Program-made: the position numbers and the translations under genes
DNA from: Gaiellaceae bacterium
Lineage (GTDB): Bacteria > Actinomycetota > Thermoleophilia > Gaiellales > Gaiellaceae
Direction: 5' to 3'
Assembly (NCBI GenBank): GCA_045806505.1
Contig: JBJMJE010000187.1
Span: forward strand, 1 to 51,030
Length of the DNA stretch: 51,030 bases
In this document: one piece after another, positions 35,183-47,500 of the stretch
Layout: every line of letters starts with the position of its first letter
How positions within the stretch are numbered: the stretch's first letter is position 1
The notes under the pieces: generated by a model
Databases searched by the model: none
Seen by the model: only the letters and a program-made list of their open reading frames with translations
Told to the model about the DNA's origin: nothing

Positions 35183-35890
35183 ATGTACCGCTCGAAGAAG
35201 CTCGTCGCCGCTCTCATCGCGATCGTCGCGATCGCGGCCGCCTCAGCCGCGTTCGCCGCCATCCCGGGTGGCGGTGGCGTCATCCACGGCTGCTACGACA
35301 AGCAGTCAGGGCTGGTGCGCGTCACGGACACGGCCACGAACAAGCCAAAGGCGTGCACGACCAGTGAGAGTGCCCTCGACTGGAACCAGCAAGGCCCACA
35401 GGGGATCCAGGGCGTCCCCGGACCTCAGGGGGCGACGGGAGCCCAGGGACCTGCAGGGCCGCAGGGTGCCGACGGCCCGCAGGGCGAGAAGGGCGACAAG
35501 GGCGACTCCGGCCCCGCCGGCCCGTCGACTTTGCCGACTGCGTACATCAAGCGCGTGAACAACGCCGTCTACCTTCCCAAGGAGACGATGGCCACCGTCG
35601 CCCAGCTCTGGGTGCCGGCGGGCAAGTACGCCGTCTCGATCACCGGGACTGGCTACAACACCAGCGACAGTTTCTACGCCGAGTGTGCTGTCTACCAGGG
35701 AAATACCAAGCTCTGGAGCGGCCAGTTCTACGACACTGACTCGGAGGGCTCCTTCAGCATCAGCGAGCTCGCGAACGTCGGCGCGGCCAGCAGCATCAGC
35801 TTCACATGCGAAGGATTCATCAACGACAAGAACTATCTCGTCCCTGTGCGCATGACCGCAACGGAGGTCGAGTCCATCGTCACGCAGTAG
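35183..35890 (+). CDS. Secreted collagen-like triple-helix-repeat protein with a globular C-terminal domain
   Basis: ATG 35183 after ggaagggaagga. Signal/anchor KKLVAALIAIVAIAAASAAFA. There are 15 uninterrupted G-X-Y triplets (GPQGIQGVPGPQGATGAQGPAGPQGADGPQGEKGDKGDSGPAGPS). Confidence 0.75.
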   Translation: MYRSKKLVAALIAIVAIAAASAAFAAIPGGGGVIHGCYDKQSGLVRVTDTATNKPKACTTSESALDWNQQGPQGIQGVPGPQGATGAQGPAGPQGADGPQGEKGDKGDSGPAGPSTLPTAYIKRVNNAVYLPKETMATVAQLWVPAGKYAVSITGTGYNTSDSFYAECAVYQGNTKLWSGQFYDTDSEGSFSISELANVGAASSISFTCEGFINDKNYLVPVRMTATEVESIVTQ

Positions 35891-35911
35891 TTGCTAGCGC
35901 TCTACACACTC

Positions 35912-35945
35912 GGAGGCCGGGGCGGGTATTTTCCCCCCGGCCTCC
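35912..35945. terminator. Strong hairpin between convergent genes (bidirectional terminator candidate)
   Basis: ggaggccgggg - 12-nt loop containing tatttt - ccccggcctcc: an 11-bp perfect stem 22 nt after the collagen-like stop. Confidence 0.55.
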
Positions 35946-36057
35946 TAGTCGTGGATGAGTCCGCCAAGGCGGTCGTGTCAGTGAATCCCGTCGGGCCATT
36001 TCGTGCGACGCGCAGTAGCGCTTCCGCGGCGGTGGGTCGTTGCCGACCGGCGGGCTG

Positions 36058-36336
36058 CTAACGGTCCCGGCGCCGCCGGTCGCTTGCTGCTCTCGGCGCG
36101 GGTGGCCTGCTCGCGCGCCACTCGTCCTGGGTGAGGAGCTTGCCCCCGCTGCGCGCCTGTGCGACGCAGTCGGTGTGGGCGTGTCGGCGCCGACTCGGGT
36201 CTCCCTCTGGAAGGAGCAACACGTGCTCGCTGATCGCTTGGAGCTGCTGATCGCAGAGTGGACAAATGTAGGTCGTGGGCTTCAGATTCTGCGAACGCCG
36301 CACCTCCCACCACCGAAAAGCATCTAGGTTCGTCAT
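36058..36336 (-). CDS. Small conserved-looking CxxC/His protein (zinc-ribbon-like)
   Basis: ATG 36336: MTNLDAFRWWEVRRSQNLKPTTYICPLCDQQLQAISEHVLLLPEGDPSRRRHAHTDCV... The upstream 67 aa of the track ORF is Ser/Arg-rich and unlikely to be real. Confidence 0.55.
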   Translation of the reverse strand: MTNLDAFRWWEVRRSQNLKPTTYICPLCDQQLQAISEHVLLLPEGDPSRRRHAHTDCVAQARSGGKLLTQDEWRASRPPAPRAASDRRRRDR

Positions 36337-36451
36337 GACGGTCTCGACCTCTAGCGTAAGGCCCATACTTGGGCGTCGGGCGGCGGTTGTGGATTTCTTC
36401 CGACGCGCTCTCGGGCCCCTCGTGGCCCGGCGCGATGCTGCGAATCCAGTC

Positions 36452-37438
36452 TTAGGCGCCCAACCTGACGCCCTCTTCGATGGCTTCACGGAAGATGATG
36501 TCGAGCCAGACGGCCGCGTTCCGGTTGTACTCGTCACGCACAGAGGGGCGCTGTCCCGTCAGGACACGATCCCAGGTCAAGGCTCTGCAGAGCGCCCCGA
36601 GCACGTAACCACGGTCGAAGAGCTCAGCGAGCTCCCGCGGGGAGCCGAAGGACGTCCACGGCTCGAGGTAGACGGATCGAAGGCGGCGCAGCTCCCTGCC
36701 GTTCGGCTTGAGTCTGCGCCGGAAGCGGATGTCGCGGAGCGTGTTGACGAGCCCGGCGAACGGGTGAGAGACAGTCGCCTCGCCCCAATCGAGAAGGCGA
36801 GCCTGTCCGTTGCGCACGAAGACGTTGCTCTCGTGGAACTCCTCGTGGATCAGCGTTAGCGGCAGCGTCGACGCGAGTGCGTCGGTCAGAGACTCGACCC
36901 CGGGCGCGAGCGCGTGAAGCCGCCCGATGTCCAAACTGCTTTGGCGTCCGACGCGCTCTACCAGGCCCGGATAGGCCGCGGAGACGATCGCGGGCCGCTT
37001 GTCGGGAGTTCCGAGCGCAACCAGTTCCTGCGCGTCTTTGGCGAGCTCGATTTGCAGCTCCGCGTAGACCGGGAGCAGCTGATCCCAAGTTGGCGCTGGC
37101 TCGCCACGTCTCACGACGGTGCGCAGCTGCGGCCCCGCATCTCGCGTCAGCATCCAGGTTCCCTCGGTCACGAGCACCTCCGGTGTGAAGGCCGGCCGCC
37201 GCCGAGAGACGGCTGCCGTCAGCGCAGGCTCGAAAGCGAGCGAGGGCGCCGGCTCCTTGAACCAAACGTCCCCGGCTCTGGTCGCGACCCGGGCGACCGC
37301 CGCCCAGGGACGCGTACGAACGAGCTCGAGCTTCCGCTGCGGCTCCAGCCCGAGGCGGTCGAGCTCGATCTCGACCCAGGACTCGACGCGGTCGAACCAA
37401 CCAGGCTCCTCCCATGGCAGCAACTGCGGCTCATCCAT
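36452..37438 (-). CDS. Aminoglycoside-phosphotransferase-like kinase, paralog 2
   Basis: MDEPQLLPWEEPGWFDRVESW...; catalytic-loop region IHEEFHESNVFV and LLDWGEATVSHP. It is collinear with paralog 1 along its whole length. Confidence 0.75.
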   Translation of the reverse strand: MDEPQLLPWEEPGWFDRVESWVEIELDRLGLEPQRKLELVRTRPWAAVARVATRAGDVWFKEPAPSLAFEPALTAAVSRRRPAFTPEVLVTEGTWMLTRDAGPQLRTVVRRGEPAPTWDQLLPVYAELQIELAKDAQELVALGTPDKRPAIVSAAYPGLVERVGRQSSLDIGRLHALAPGVESLTDALASTLPLTLIHEEFHESNVFVRNGQARLLDWGEATVSHPFAGLVNTLRDIRFRRRLKPNGRELRRLRSVYLEPWTSFGSPRELAELFDRGYVLGALCRALTWDRVLTGQRPSVRDEYNRNAAVWLDIIFREAIEEGVRLGA

Positions 37439-37829
37439 CACCGCCCGCGGCGAGTCTGGAGCATCGATTGCTTCATCGGCGGTCACACGCTCATCATGCC
37501 CCGACCTGTTCGCGGGGAGGCCGCAGCAGTCGCGGGTGCGCGGACCCGACGACAAGGCCACGTTTCACGTGCCTCACGCAGCCATCTTCGAGACCGACAC
37601 GAACATGCCGATCGCCGGCAGTTGTTTCTCGTTCGCCAGTCCATTTGCCAGTCAGCAGCACACCGGACGACGCGGAGTTCAGCGAGACACGCGGTCAACC
37701 GAAGGACCGTCGCGCAGCCGACGGCGGCGAGGTTCTCTAACCCTTTGTTTGCCCCTTGTCTGCGTCGCTACTCGGCCCGATCCCAGTCGACGTAAGTCGA
37801 AGGATTGAGTGCAGTCGGGGCGGACCTGT

Positions 37830-38105
37830 CTAGGCGTCGTGTTGTCGGAGGAACTCCGCCGACTTGGGCGGACCTTGCGTAAATCCGGCTTCCTGAAAGA
37901 TCGCCGGGACCTCAGGGTCGGAGGTGAAGCTCTGCCAGCCCGCCTCGTCCCAGTCGAAGATCGCCCAAACCCGGTCGCTCTCATTCGGATCCCGAAAAAC
38001 GTGCGCACCCTTGCAACCGTGCTGCTTTCGCTTTTCAGCGCCCTTGGTTGAGAAGGTGTTCCAGAAGCGGTCGAAATCGCCGATCTTCGCCGTTGCCAAG
38101 ACCAT
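37830..38105 (-). CDS. Small alpha+beta-barrel protein (ABM/Dabb-like)
   Basis: 91 aa. MVLATAKIGDFDRFWNTFSTKGAEKRKQHGCKGAHVFRDPNESDRVWAIFDWDEAGWQSF resembles the small monooxygenase-like barrels. Confidence 0.5.
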   Translation of the reverse strand: MVLATAKIGDFDRFWNTFSTKGAEKRKQHGCKGAHVFRDPNESDRVWAIFDWDEAGWQSFTSDPEVPAIFQEAGFTQGPPKSAEFLRQHDA

Positions 38106-38460
38106 TGTCTCCTCCTCTGTCGGAACGTGTAGGTGTGTCTTCCATCCTAAGCCACTGCATCACGAGAGATGGAGCGCCGGCCGCCCTGATCAGAGAAGCC
38201 TGTCCGCCGTAGGGACCACGGCTGGAGGTCGTGCGACGCTTGCAGATCAGTTGGACTTCGTTGCCGGTGTCGATTCACACCCTGCCGCGATGTTCCGGAC
38301 GCCAGTTGCGAAACGCTTAGGTAGCCGACGGATGGCACAAACGCCCTGCCGAAATCTCTCGGCCGTGAAAGGGCCACGACCTGTCCCGACTGCGTCGACA
38401 GCCCGGGTCGCTCGGATGGGCCGCGAGTGGAGCAGTCGATGGTCTGCATCCGATTGCGTA

Positions 38461-38489
38461 TTGACTTTCTGCAGCGTGCGAGGGATGGT
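38461..38489 (+). promoter_or_regulatory. Candidate promoter for the giant gene
   Basis: TTGACT, 17 nt, GATGGT, about 80 nt upstream of ATG 38570. This is a weak -10 and is pattern-based only. Confidence 0.2.
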
Positions 38490-38569
38490 GTTCTCAGTTC
38501 CGAACCCAGACATCTGTCCGGAGCAGTTTCGATGGTGCGGGCCTGCGGCCTGCGGACAAGGGAGTAAGA

Positions 38570-41500
38570 ATGTTGCTGGGTCCCATTGGGGGGACTCACG
38601 CGAAGCCGGCCGTGCGTCGCATCCGTCTTCGCGTCGTCGTCGCGATCTCGGCGATGCTGCTCATTCTGCTCCCGGCGCAACTCGGCTCTTCGGCTCCCGC
38701 GCCTAGAGCGCTGCAGCTGAACGGCACGAGTCAGTACGTGACGTTCGGTGCGGCGCCCGGTTTGGGCGCGGCGCAGTTCACGCTGGAGACGTGGTTCAAG
38801 CGGACAGGCGCAGGCTTAGGCACGGGCACTGGAAACGGAGGGATCACCAGTGCGATCCCGCTCATCACGAAGGGTCGGGCGGAAGCGGAGACTCCGGCGA
38901 ACCTGAACATGAACTACTTCCTCGGGATCGACGCGACGAGTGGGAAGCTCGTGGCCGACTTCGAGGACACAAGCGGCGGGACGAACCACCCATTTACCGG
39001 CACTACGGTGGTCACGAACAATGTCTGGCATCACGCCGCGGCGACGTTCAACGGAACAACGTTGACGCTCTACCTCGACGGCGTCGCGGACGGCTCGCTG
39101 GCGGTGACGGCGACGCCCGAGTCGTCCTCGATCGAGCACGCTGCGCTCGGCACGGCGATGACGTCCACAGGCGCGGCCGCCGGTTTCTTCCAGGGCATCA
39201 TCGACGAGGCGCGCATCTGGAACGTCGCGCGAACGCAGGCGCAAATTCAGGCGCTGAAGGACGCCGAGGTCACGTCGGCGCCGAGCCTCATCGGCCGCTG
39301 GGGACTGAATGAAGGCGGCGGCTCGACGGTCGGCGACTCGACCGGCTCGCTCAACAACGGCACGACAGCGGCCGCGCCCACATGGACGAGCGACACGCCG
39401 ACGCTCACCGCGGCGCCCGCATGGAACTCCGGTCTCTACTTCACCGGCGTGAACCCCTCGCACACGACCTTTGGACAAGCGCCCAACTTGGGAGCGGCGC
39501 AGTTCACCTTGGAGACGTGGTTCAAGCGAACTGGAACGGGCGCTACGACCACGACCGGCGCGCTCACTGCTGTTCCGCTCGTGACGAAGGGGCGCGGCGA
39601 GGCCGATGTCGGCTCGAACGTGGACATCAACTACTTCCTCGGACTCGACGGTCCGACAGGCAAGCTCGCCGTCGATTTCGAAGAAGGCGCGACGGGCGCT
39701 TCGCCAAGTGCCAACCATCCGCTCGTCGGTAACACGGTCGTGACGAACAACGTCTGGCACCACGCGGCCGCGACCTACGACGGCACGACCTGGCGGCTCT
39801 ACCTGGACGGCGTTGCCGATGGATCGCTTGCCGTCGGGCAGCCCCCGCGCGCGGACTCAATACAGCACGCCGCACTCGGCACGGCAATGAACTCGACCGG
39901 CGTCGCCGCAGGCTTCTTCCAGGGCGCCATGGACGAGGCGCGGATCTGGAACGTCGCGCGCACGCAAGCGCAGATCCAAGCGACGAAGGATCTCGAGCTT
40001 CCCTCCGCAACCGGATTGGTCGGGCGTTGGGGGCTCAACGAGGGTGGCGGAACCAGCGCAACGGCTTCAGCGGGGACGGCGAACGGAACCGTTGTCAACG
40101 GCGGCTGGGTTGCCGGCGCACCGGTGTCGACCGACGCCACGCCGCCCGCACAACCACAAGGACTCGCCGCGACACCGGGCGACGGCTCCGTCTCGCTCAA
40201 CTGGACGCCGAACAGCGATGCCGACCTCGCCGGCTACAACCTGTACCGCGCGACCGCCGCGCCGGTGCCGACCACGGGCACCGCGGTCAACGGCTCGACT
40301 CTGTTGACGAGCCCGGGCTACATCGACACGGGTCTGAGCAACGGGACGACGTACCACTACGTCGTGGTCGCCGTCGACAACGTCGGCAACGCGTCGACGG
40401 CGTCGGCCGAAGCTGTCGCGACGCCGGCGCCGTCCGGTCCGCACGCGTTGGAGTTCAACGGAACGAGCCAATACGTGACGATGGGCGCTGCGCCGGGTCT
40501 CGGCGCGGCGCAGTTCACGCTCGAGACGTGGTTCAAGTGGACGGGCGGCGGCGTGGCCACGAGCACCGGCAGCGGCGGCATCAGTGCGATTCCGCTCGTC
40601 ACCAAGGGGCGCGCCGAGGCGGAGGGCTCGAACGTGGACATGAACTACTTCCTCGGGATCAACGGCGGCAAGCTCGCGGCCGACTTCGAGGAGGCAGCTG
40701 GTGGTGCAGGCCCGTTGGGCCAGAACCACCCCGTCACGGGTGCGACGACGATCACGACGGGCTCCTGGCACCACGCCGCGGCCACCTACGACGGGACGAC
40801 CTGGAGGCTGTACCTGGACGGGGTGCTCGACGCGAAGCTCGCGGTCGGACAGCCGCCGCGCGCGGACTCGATCCAACACGCGGCCCTCGGCACGGCGATG
40901 ACGTCCGCCGGTGTCGCAGCGGGCTTCTTCGCCGGCGATCTCGACGAGGCGCGCATCTGGAGCCTCGCACGCACCGGCGCGCAGATTCGCGGTAGCCGCG
41001 ATTCGGCAATCCCCACAGCGACCGGTCTCGTCGGCCGCTTCGGAATGGACGAGGGCTTCGGCACGACCGTCGGCAACTCCGCCGGAGCACCGAACGGCAC
41101 GGTCGTCGGAGGCCCGACGTGGATCACGGGCTACGCGTTCCCGCAGGACACGGTCGCGCCCGCGGCACCGGCAGGCCTGGCTGCGACCGGCGGCGACGGA
41201 ACCGCCTCGTTGAGCTGGAGCGCGAGCGCGGAATCCGACCTCGCCGGCTACAACCTCTACCGCTCGACGACGACGCCGGTCGACACGAACGGCTCCCCGC
41301 TCAACGGCGCCGATTTGATCCAGGGAACGAGCTACCTCGACGGTGGCTTGGCGAACGGCACGACCTATCACTATGCGCTCGTCGCGATCGACGGCTCCGG
41401 CGGTCGCTCGGCAGCTTCGGAGACCACAGCTACTCCACAACCCCCGCCGCCGACGGCGCACGCACTCGAGTTCAACGGTTCGAGCCAGTACGTGACGATG

Positions 41501-44500
41501 GGGGCGGCGCCGGGCCTTAACGCCGCGCAGTTCACGCTCGAGACGTGGTTCAAGCGCACCGGCGCGGGTGCCGGAACGAGCACGGGCGGCGGCGGCATCG
41601 CGAGCGCGATCCCACTGATGACGAAGGGTCGCGCCGAAGCGGAGGGATCGAACGTCGACATGAATTACTTCCTCGGCATCGACGCGACGAGCGGCAGGCT
41701 CGTCGCCGACTTCGAGGAGGGTCCGGGCGGCGCCGGGCCTCTGGGACAGAACCATCCGATCAGCGGCGCGACCTTGGTGACGAGCAACCTCTGGCACCAT
41801 GCCGCGGCCACTTACGACGGGACGACCTGGAAGCTGTACCTCGATGGTGTGCTCGACGGCACGCTCGCCGTTGGGCAGCCGCCGCGCGCGGACTCGATCC
41901 AGCACGCGGCACTCGGCACCGCGCTGAACTCCACCGGCGTCGCGGCCGGCTTTTTCCAGGGCGACCTCGACGAGGCGCACATCTGGAACTACTCCCGCAC
42001 CGGCGCGCAGATCCGCGCCGCGCGGAACAGCGAGCTCGCCGCCGCGGCCGGCCTGGTCGGGCGCTTCGGCATGAACGAAGGCACCGGCACGACGGTGGCG
42101 AACTCAGCCGGCTCGCCCAACGGCGCCGCTGTTGGCAGCCCAAACTGGATCACGGGTTACGACTTCACCCAGGACACGGCGTCGCCGGCGATGCCTGCAA
42201 ACCTGTCCGCGACCGCCGACGACGCGAGTGTCGCGTTGACATGGGACGCAAACGGTGAGAGCGATCTCGCCGGCTACGACCTCTACCGCTCGACGACATC
42301 ACCCGTCACGGCCAGCGGCACGCCGCTGAACGGGGCAGATCTGATTCAGGCCACGAGCTACGCCGACGGTGGGCTGACGAATGGGACGACCTACTACTAC
42401 GCGCTGGTGGCCGTCGACAGCTCGGACAACCGTTCTGCCGCCTCGGCGGAAGCCTCTGCGACGCCGGTGCAGGGCGATCCCGTGCTCGCCGGCGCGGGCG
42501 ACGTTGCGATCTGCACTGGAACCGGCGACGAAGACACCGCCGATGTGCTCGAAACGATGCCGACCGCGGGCGTGTTCACGATCGGCGACAACGTCTACGA
42601 GAACGGTCTGCTGTCGGAGTTCAACTCCTGCTACACGCCCTCGTGGGGCAGGCCGGGGATCAAGTCGCGCACGCGGCCGACGATCGGCAACCACGATTAC
42701 GGCAACAACAGCAACGACGGCGGTGGGTACTTCGACTACTTCAACGGCGTCGGCAACTTCGGCGGCGCGGCGGGCGACCGTGACAAGGCCTACTACAGCT
42801 ACGACGTCGGCGACTACTGGCACGTCGTCGTCCTCAACAGCGAGTGCTACTTCTACACCAACCGCTGCAGTGCGTCCGCCGAGGAAGCGTGGCTGCGTGG
42901 TGACCTTGCCGCCAATGCGTCGAAGAACGTCATCGCGATGTGGCACCGTCCGCGGTGGAGCTCGGGCCCGAGTCGGCCCGGAATCCCGACGCTCCAGCCG
43001 CTGTGGCAGACGCTGTTCGACTACGGCGTCGAGCTGCTGCTCGCAGGGCACGACCACCACTACGAGCGCTTCGCGCCACAGAACGCGAGCGGCCAGGCCG
43101 ACAACGTCCACGGGGTGCGCGAGATCATCGTCGGCACCGGCGGCGCGGAGTTCAGCTCCCTCGGCACGACCGCCGCGAACAGCGAGGTGCGCAACAACGT
43201 CACCAACGGCGTGCTCAAGCTGCGGCTGCACCAGTCCTCGTACGACTGGCAGTTCGTGCATGCGACGGGCGGAACGTTCACCGACTCCGGTACCGATCCC
43301 GTCCACTCCGCGCCCGCGAACACGCCGCCAACCGCGACGGTCTCGCTCAGCTCGAACGCACCGCGGACGAACGACACACTGACCGCGACGGCGACGAAAG
43401 CCGATGCCGACGGGCAACCGGTCTCGCTGACGTTCGTCTGGAAGGTCAACGGCGTCGCGACGCGCTCGTTCACCAGCGCGAGCGCGCTCACCGACACGTT
43501 CAGCCTCGGCGTCGCCGGCAACGGCGACAAGGGCGACCTCGTATCCGTCGAGGTGACGCCGAACGACGGCGTCGTCGACGGAACGACAGCTGCCGCTCAG
43601 GCGACGGTCGCAAACACGGGGCCCGCCTTCTCGCAGAATCTTCAGGACCGCACGGATGACGAAGGCGCAGCGGTTTCGCTCGCCGCTCCCGCGACGGACG
43701 CAGACACGGACCCGATCTCGTACGCCGCAACCGGCCTGCCGGCGGGACTCTCGATCGACGCTTCGACCGGTCTGATCAGCGGCACCGTTTCGTCCACCGC
43801 AGCGACCGGCAGCCCGTACGCGGCGAGCATCACCGCGACCGACGGCACGGCAACCGCCACCGACACCGACACCTTCACGTGGACGATCACACATCCGAAC
43901 CAGCCGCCGACCTTGACCTCGGTGACGATTGATCAGTCCGCGCCGAAGACGACCGACATCTTGACCGTCACCATCGCTGCGAGCGACCCCGACAACGATC
44001 CGCTCACGTACTCGTACCAGTGGGCCAAGAACGGATCCGACCTTGCCGGGCGGACATCGGCGACCCTGAACCTCGGCGGTACCGGCAACGGCGACAGGGG
44101 CGACACGATCACGGTTCGGGTGGTTGCGAACGACGGCGCCGCATCGAGCGATCCCCTCTCGTCGGTGAGCGTGACGGTTCAGAACAGCGCGCCGACCGTC
44201 TCGGTCGCGCTCGACAACTCAACGCCCGGAACGAACGACACGCTCACCGCAACGGCGACCACCGCCGACGCGGACGGCGACGGCGTGGCCGTCACGTACG
44301 TCTGGAAGGTCAACGGCACCACGAAACGCACGACGACGAACTCGATCGGAAGCGACAGCTTCGACCTGTCGGTCGCCGGCAACGGCGACCTCGGCGACAC
44401 CGTCTCCGTTGCAGCGACGCCGGACGATGGGACGGCGACCGGCGCTTCTAACTCGGCAACGGCGACAGTCGTCGGCGCTCCGGCGGGCAAGGGTTTGCAG

Positions 44501-47500
44501 TTCGACGGGACGAACGACTACGTCACCTTCGGCGCCGCGCCGTCACTCGGCGCGGCGACCTTCACGCTCGAGACGTGGTTCAAGCGCACGGGCGCGGGTG
44601 TCGGCACGAATACCGGCAGCGGCGGCATCGCGAACGCGATCCCGCTCGTGACGAAGGGACGTGCGGAAGCCGAGGGCTCGAATGTCGACATGAACTACTT
44701 CCTCGGCATCGACGCCTCGAGCGGGCAGCTCGTCGCGGACTTCGAGGAAGGCGGGAGCGGTACCACTCCGGGTCAGAACCATCCGGTCAGCGGCGGCACC
44801 GTTGTGACGAGCAACGTCTGGCACCACGTCGCTGCGACGTATGACGGCACGACGTGGAGGCTCTACCTGGACGGCGCCGCCGACGGCTCGTTGACGGTCG
44901 GCCAGCCGCCGCGCGCAGACTCGATCCAGCACGCGGCGCTCGGCACCGCGATGAACTCGACGGGAGTCGCAGCCGGCTCTTTCCAGGGCGTGCTGGACGA
45001 CGCGCGCGTCTGGAACTACGCACGCTCCCAGGCGCAGATTGCGGCGACGAAGGACTTCGAGATCCGGGCGATGCCCGGTCTGATCGGGCACTGGCCGATG
45101 AACGCCGGCGCGGGCGCGCTGCTCGCCGACGCGTCCGGTGGCGGCACGGACGGAACGCTCACCAACGGGCCTGCGTGGGTCAACGGGTTCCCGACGACAC
45201 CTGACACCACGGCCCCGGCCGCGCCTCAGAGCCTCGTCGCAACCGGGGGCGACGGCAGCGTCGCGCTGACCTGGAGCGCGAGCACCGCCGCCGACCTCGC
45301 CGGCTACAACGTCTACCGCTCGACCTCGAGCCCCGTCTCGACCCTCGGCCCGCCGCTGAACGCGACGCTCCTTGCCGCGCCGAGCTACAACGACGGCGCG
45401 GTCACGAACGGCACGACCTACTACTACGTCGTCCGTGCGGTGGACGCTGCCGACAACGCCTCGGCCTCGTCGGGAGAGGCGAGTGCGACTCCCCAGCCTG
45501 CGAGTCACGCTCTCTCCTTCGACGGCACGAACGACTACGTCACCTTCGGGGCGGCGCCGCAGCTCGGGGCGGCCACCTTCACGCTCGAGACGTGGTTCAG
45601 GCGCACGGGCGCCGGCGCCGGCACGAGTACCGGCAGCGGCGGCATCGCCAGCGCGATCCCGCTCGTGACCAAGGGACGCGCCGAGGCCGACGGCTCCAAC
45701 CTCGACATGAACTACTTCCTCGGGATCGACGCGTCTGACGGGACCCTGGTCGGCGATTTCGAGGACACCGCGAGCGGTGCGAACCATCCGGTCAGCGGGC
45801 AGACCACCGTGACGCAGAATGTCTGGCACCACGCTGCGGCGACCTTCGACGGCTCCTACTGGCGCCTCTACCTCGACGGCGTGCTCGACGCGAAGCTGGC
45901 AGTCGCGGCGACGCCGCGATCCGACTCGACCCAGCATGCGGCGCTCGGTTCCGCGTTGACTTCGACCGGCGCCGCGGCGGGGTTCTTCGCGGGCGATCTC
46001 GACGAGGCGCGCATCTGGAATGTCGCTCGTACAGGAGTGCAGATCCGGTCCGCACGAAACAACGCGCTGACCTCCGGCACGGGGCTCGTCGGCCGCTTCG
46101 GGATGAACGAGGGCGCCGGAACCACCGTCGGCAACTCGGCCGGATCGCCGAACGGAACCGCGACCAACGGCCCGGCCTGGATCGCGGGCTACGGCTTCCC
46201 GCAGGACACGACCGCGCCGGCCGCGCCTCAATCGCTCGCAGCATCACCGGACGATCAGAGCGCCACGCTCACCTGGGCGGTAGGCACCGCCGTCGATCTG
46301 GCCGGCTACGACCTGTACCGGTCGACGTCGACGCCTGTATCGACGAGCGGGTCGCCCGTGAACGGCACGGACCTCATTACCGGCACGACGTACGTGGACA
46401 ACGGACTGACAAACGGCACGGCGTACCACTACGCCCTCGTCGCCGTCGACAGCTCGAACAACCGCTCCGCTACATCGGCAGAAGCGACGGCAACTCCGGC
46501 GCCCGGCGACCCGCTGCTCGTCGGCGCCGGCGACATCGCCAAGTGCACGAGCTCGGGAGACGAGGCGACCGCCGATGTGGTCGAGACGCTCCCGAATGCC
46601 GGCGTGTTCACGATCGGCGACAACGTCTACGAGAACGGGCTCGCATCGGAATGGACGAACTGCTACACGCCGTCTTGGGGACGTCCCGGAATCAGGTCGC
46701 GGACGCGGCCGACGATCGGCAACCACGACTACGGGAATGGCTCGAACACCGGCGGCGGCTACTTCGACTACTTCAACGGCGTCGGGAACTTCAGTGGGCC
46801 TGCCGGCGATCGCGACAAGGCCTACTACAGCTACGACGTCGGCGTGTACTGGCACGTCGTCGTGCTGAACAGCGAGTGCTACTTCCCGGCGATAGCGACG
46901 TGCAGCACCTCGGCGCAGGAGCAGTGGCTGCAAAGCGACCTCGCCGCGAACACCTCGAAGAACGTGATCGCGATGTGGCATCGACCGCGCTGGAGCTCGG
47001 GCGCCAGCCGGCCCGGCGTCTCGATCCTTCAGCCTCTCTGGCAAACGTTGTACGACTACGGTGCGGAGCTCGTCCTCGCCGGGCACGACCACCATTACGA
47101 ACGGTTCGCGCCGCAGAACGCGACGGGTCAAGCCGATGCCGCGCACGGTGTCCGGGAGATCATCGTCGGCACGGGTGGCGCAGAGTTCACGAGCGTCGGC
47201 ACTGCCGTTACGAACAGCGAGGCCCGCAATGCCGTCACGTTCGGCGTCCTGAAGCTACGGCTCCACCAGTCCAGTTACGACTGGCAGTTCCTCCCCGCAG
47301 CGGGCGGAACCTTCACCGACTCGGGTACGACCGCAGTTCACGGAATGCCCAACGTCGCACCCGTCGTCGACTCGGTGACGATCGACCAGGCGAGCCCTCG
47401 AACCGCCGACACGCTCACGGCGACGATCACGAGTCACGACCTGAACGGCGATCCCGTGACCTACGCCCGTCAATGGACGAAGAACGGCGTGGACATCGCG

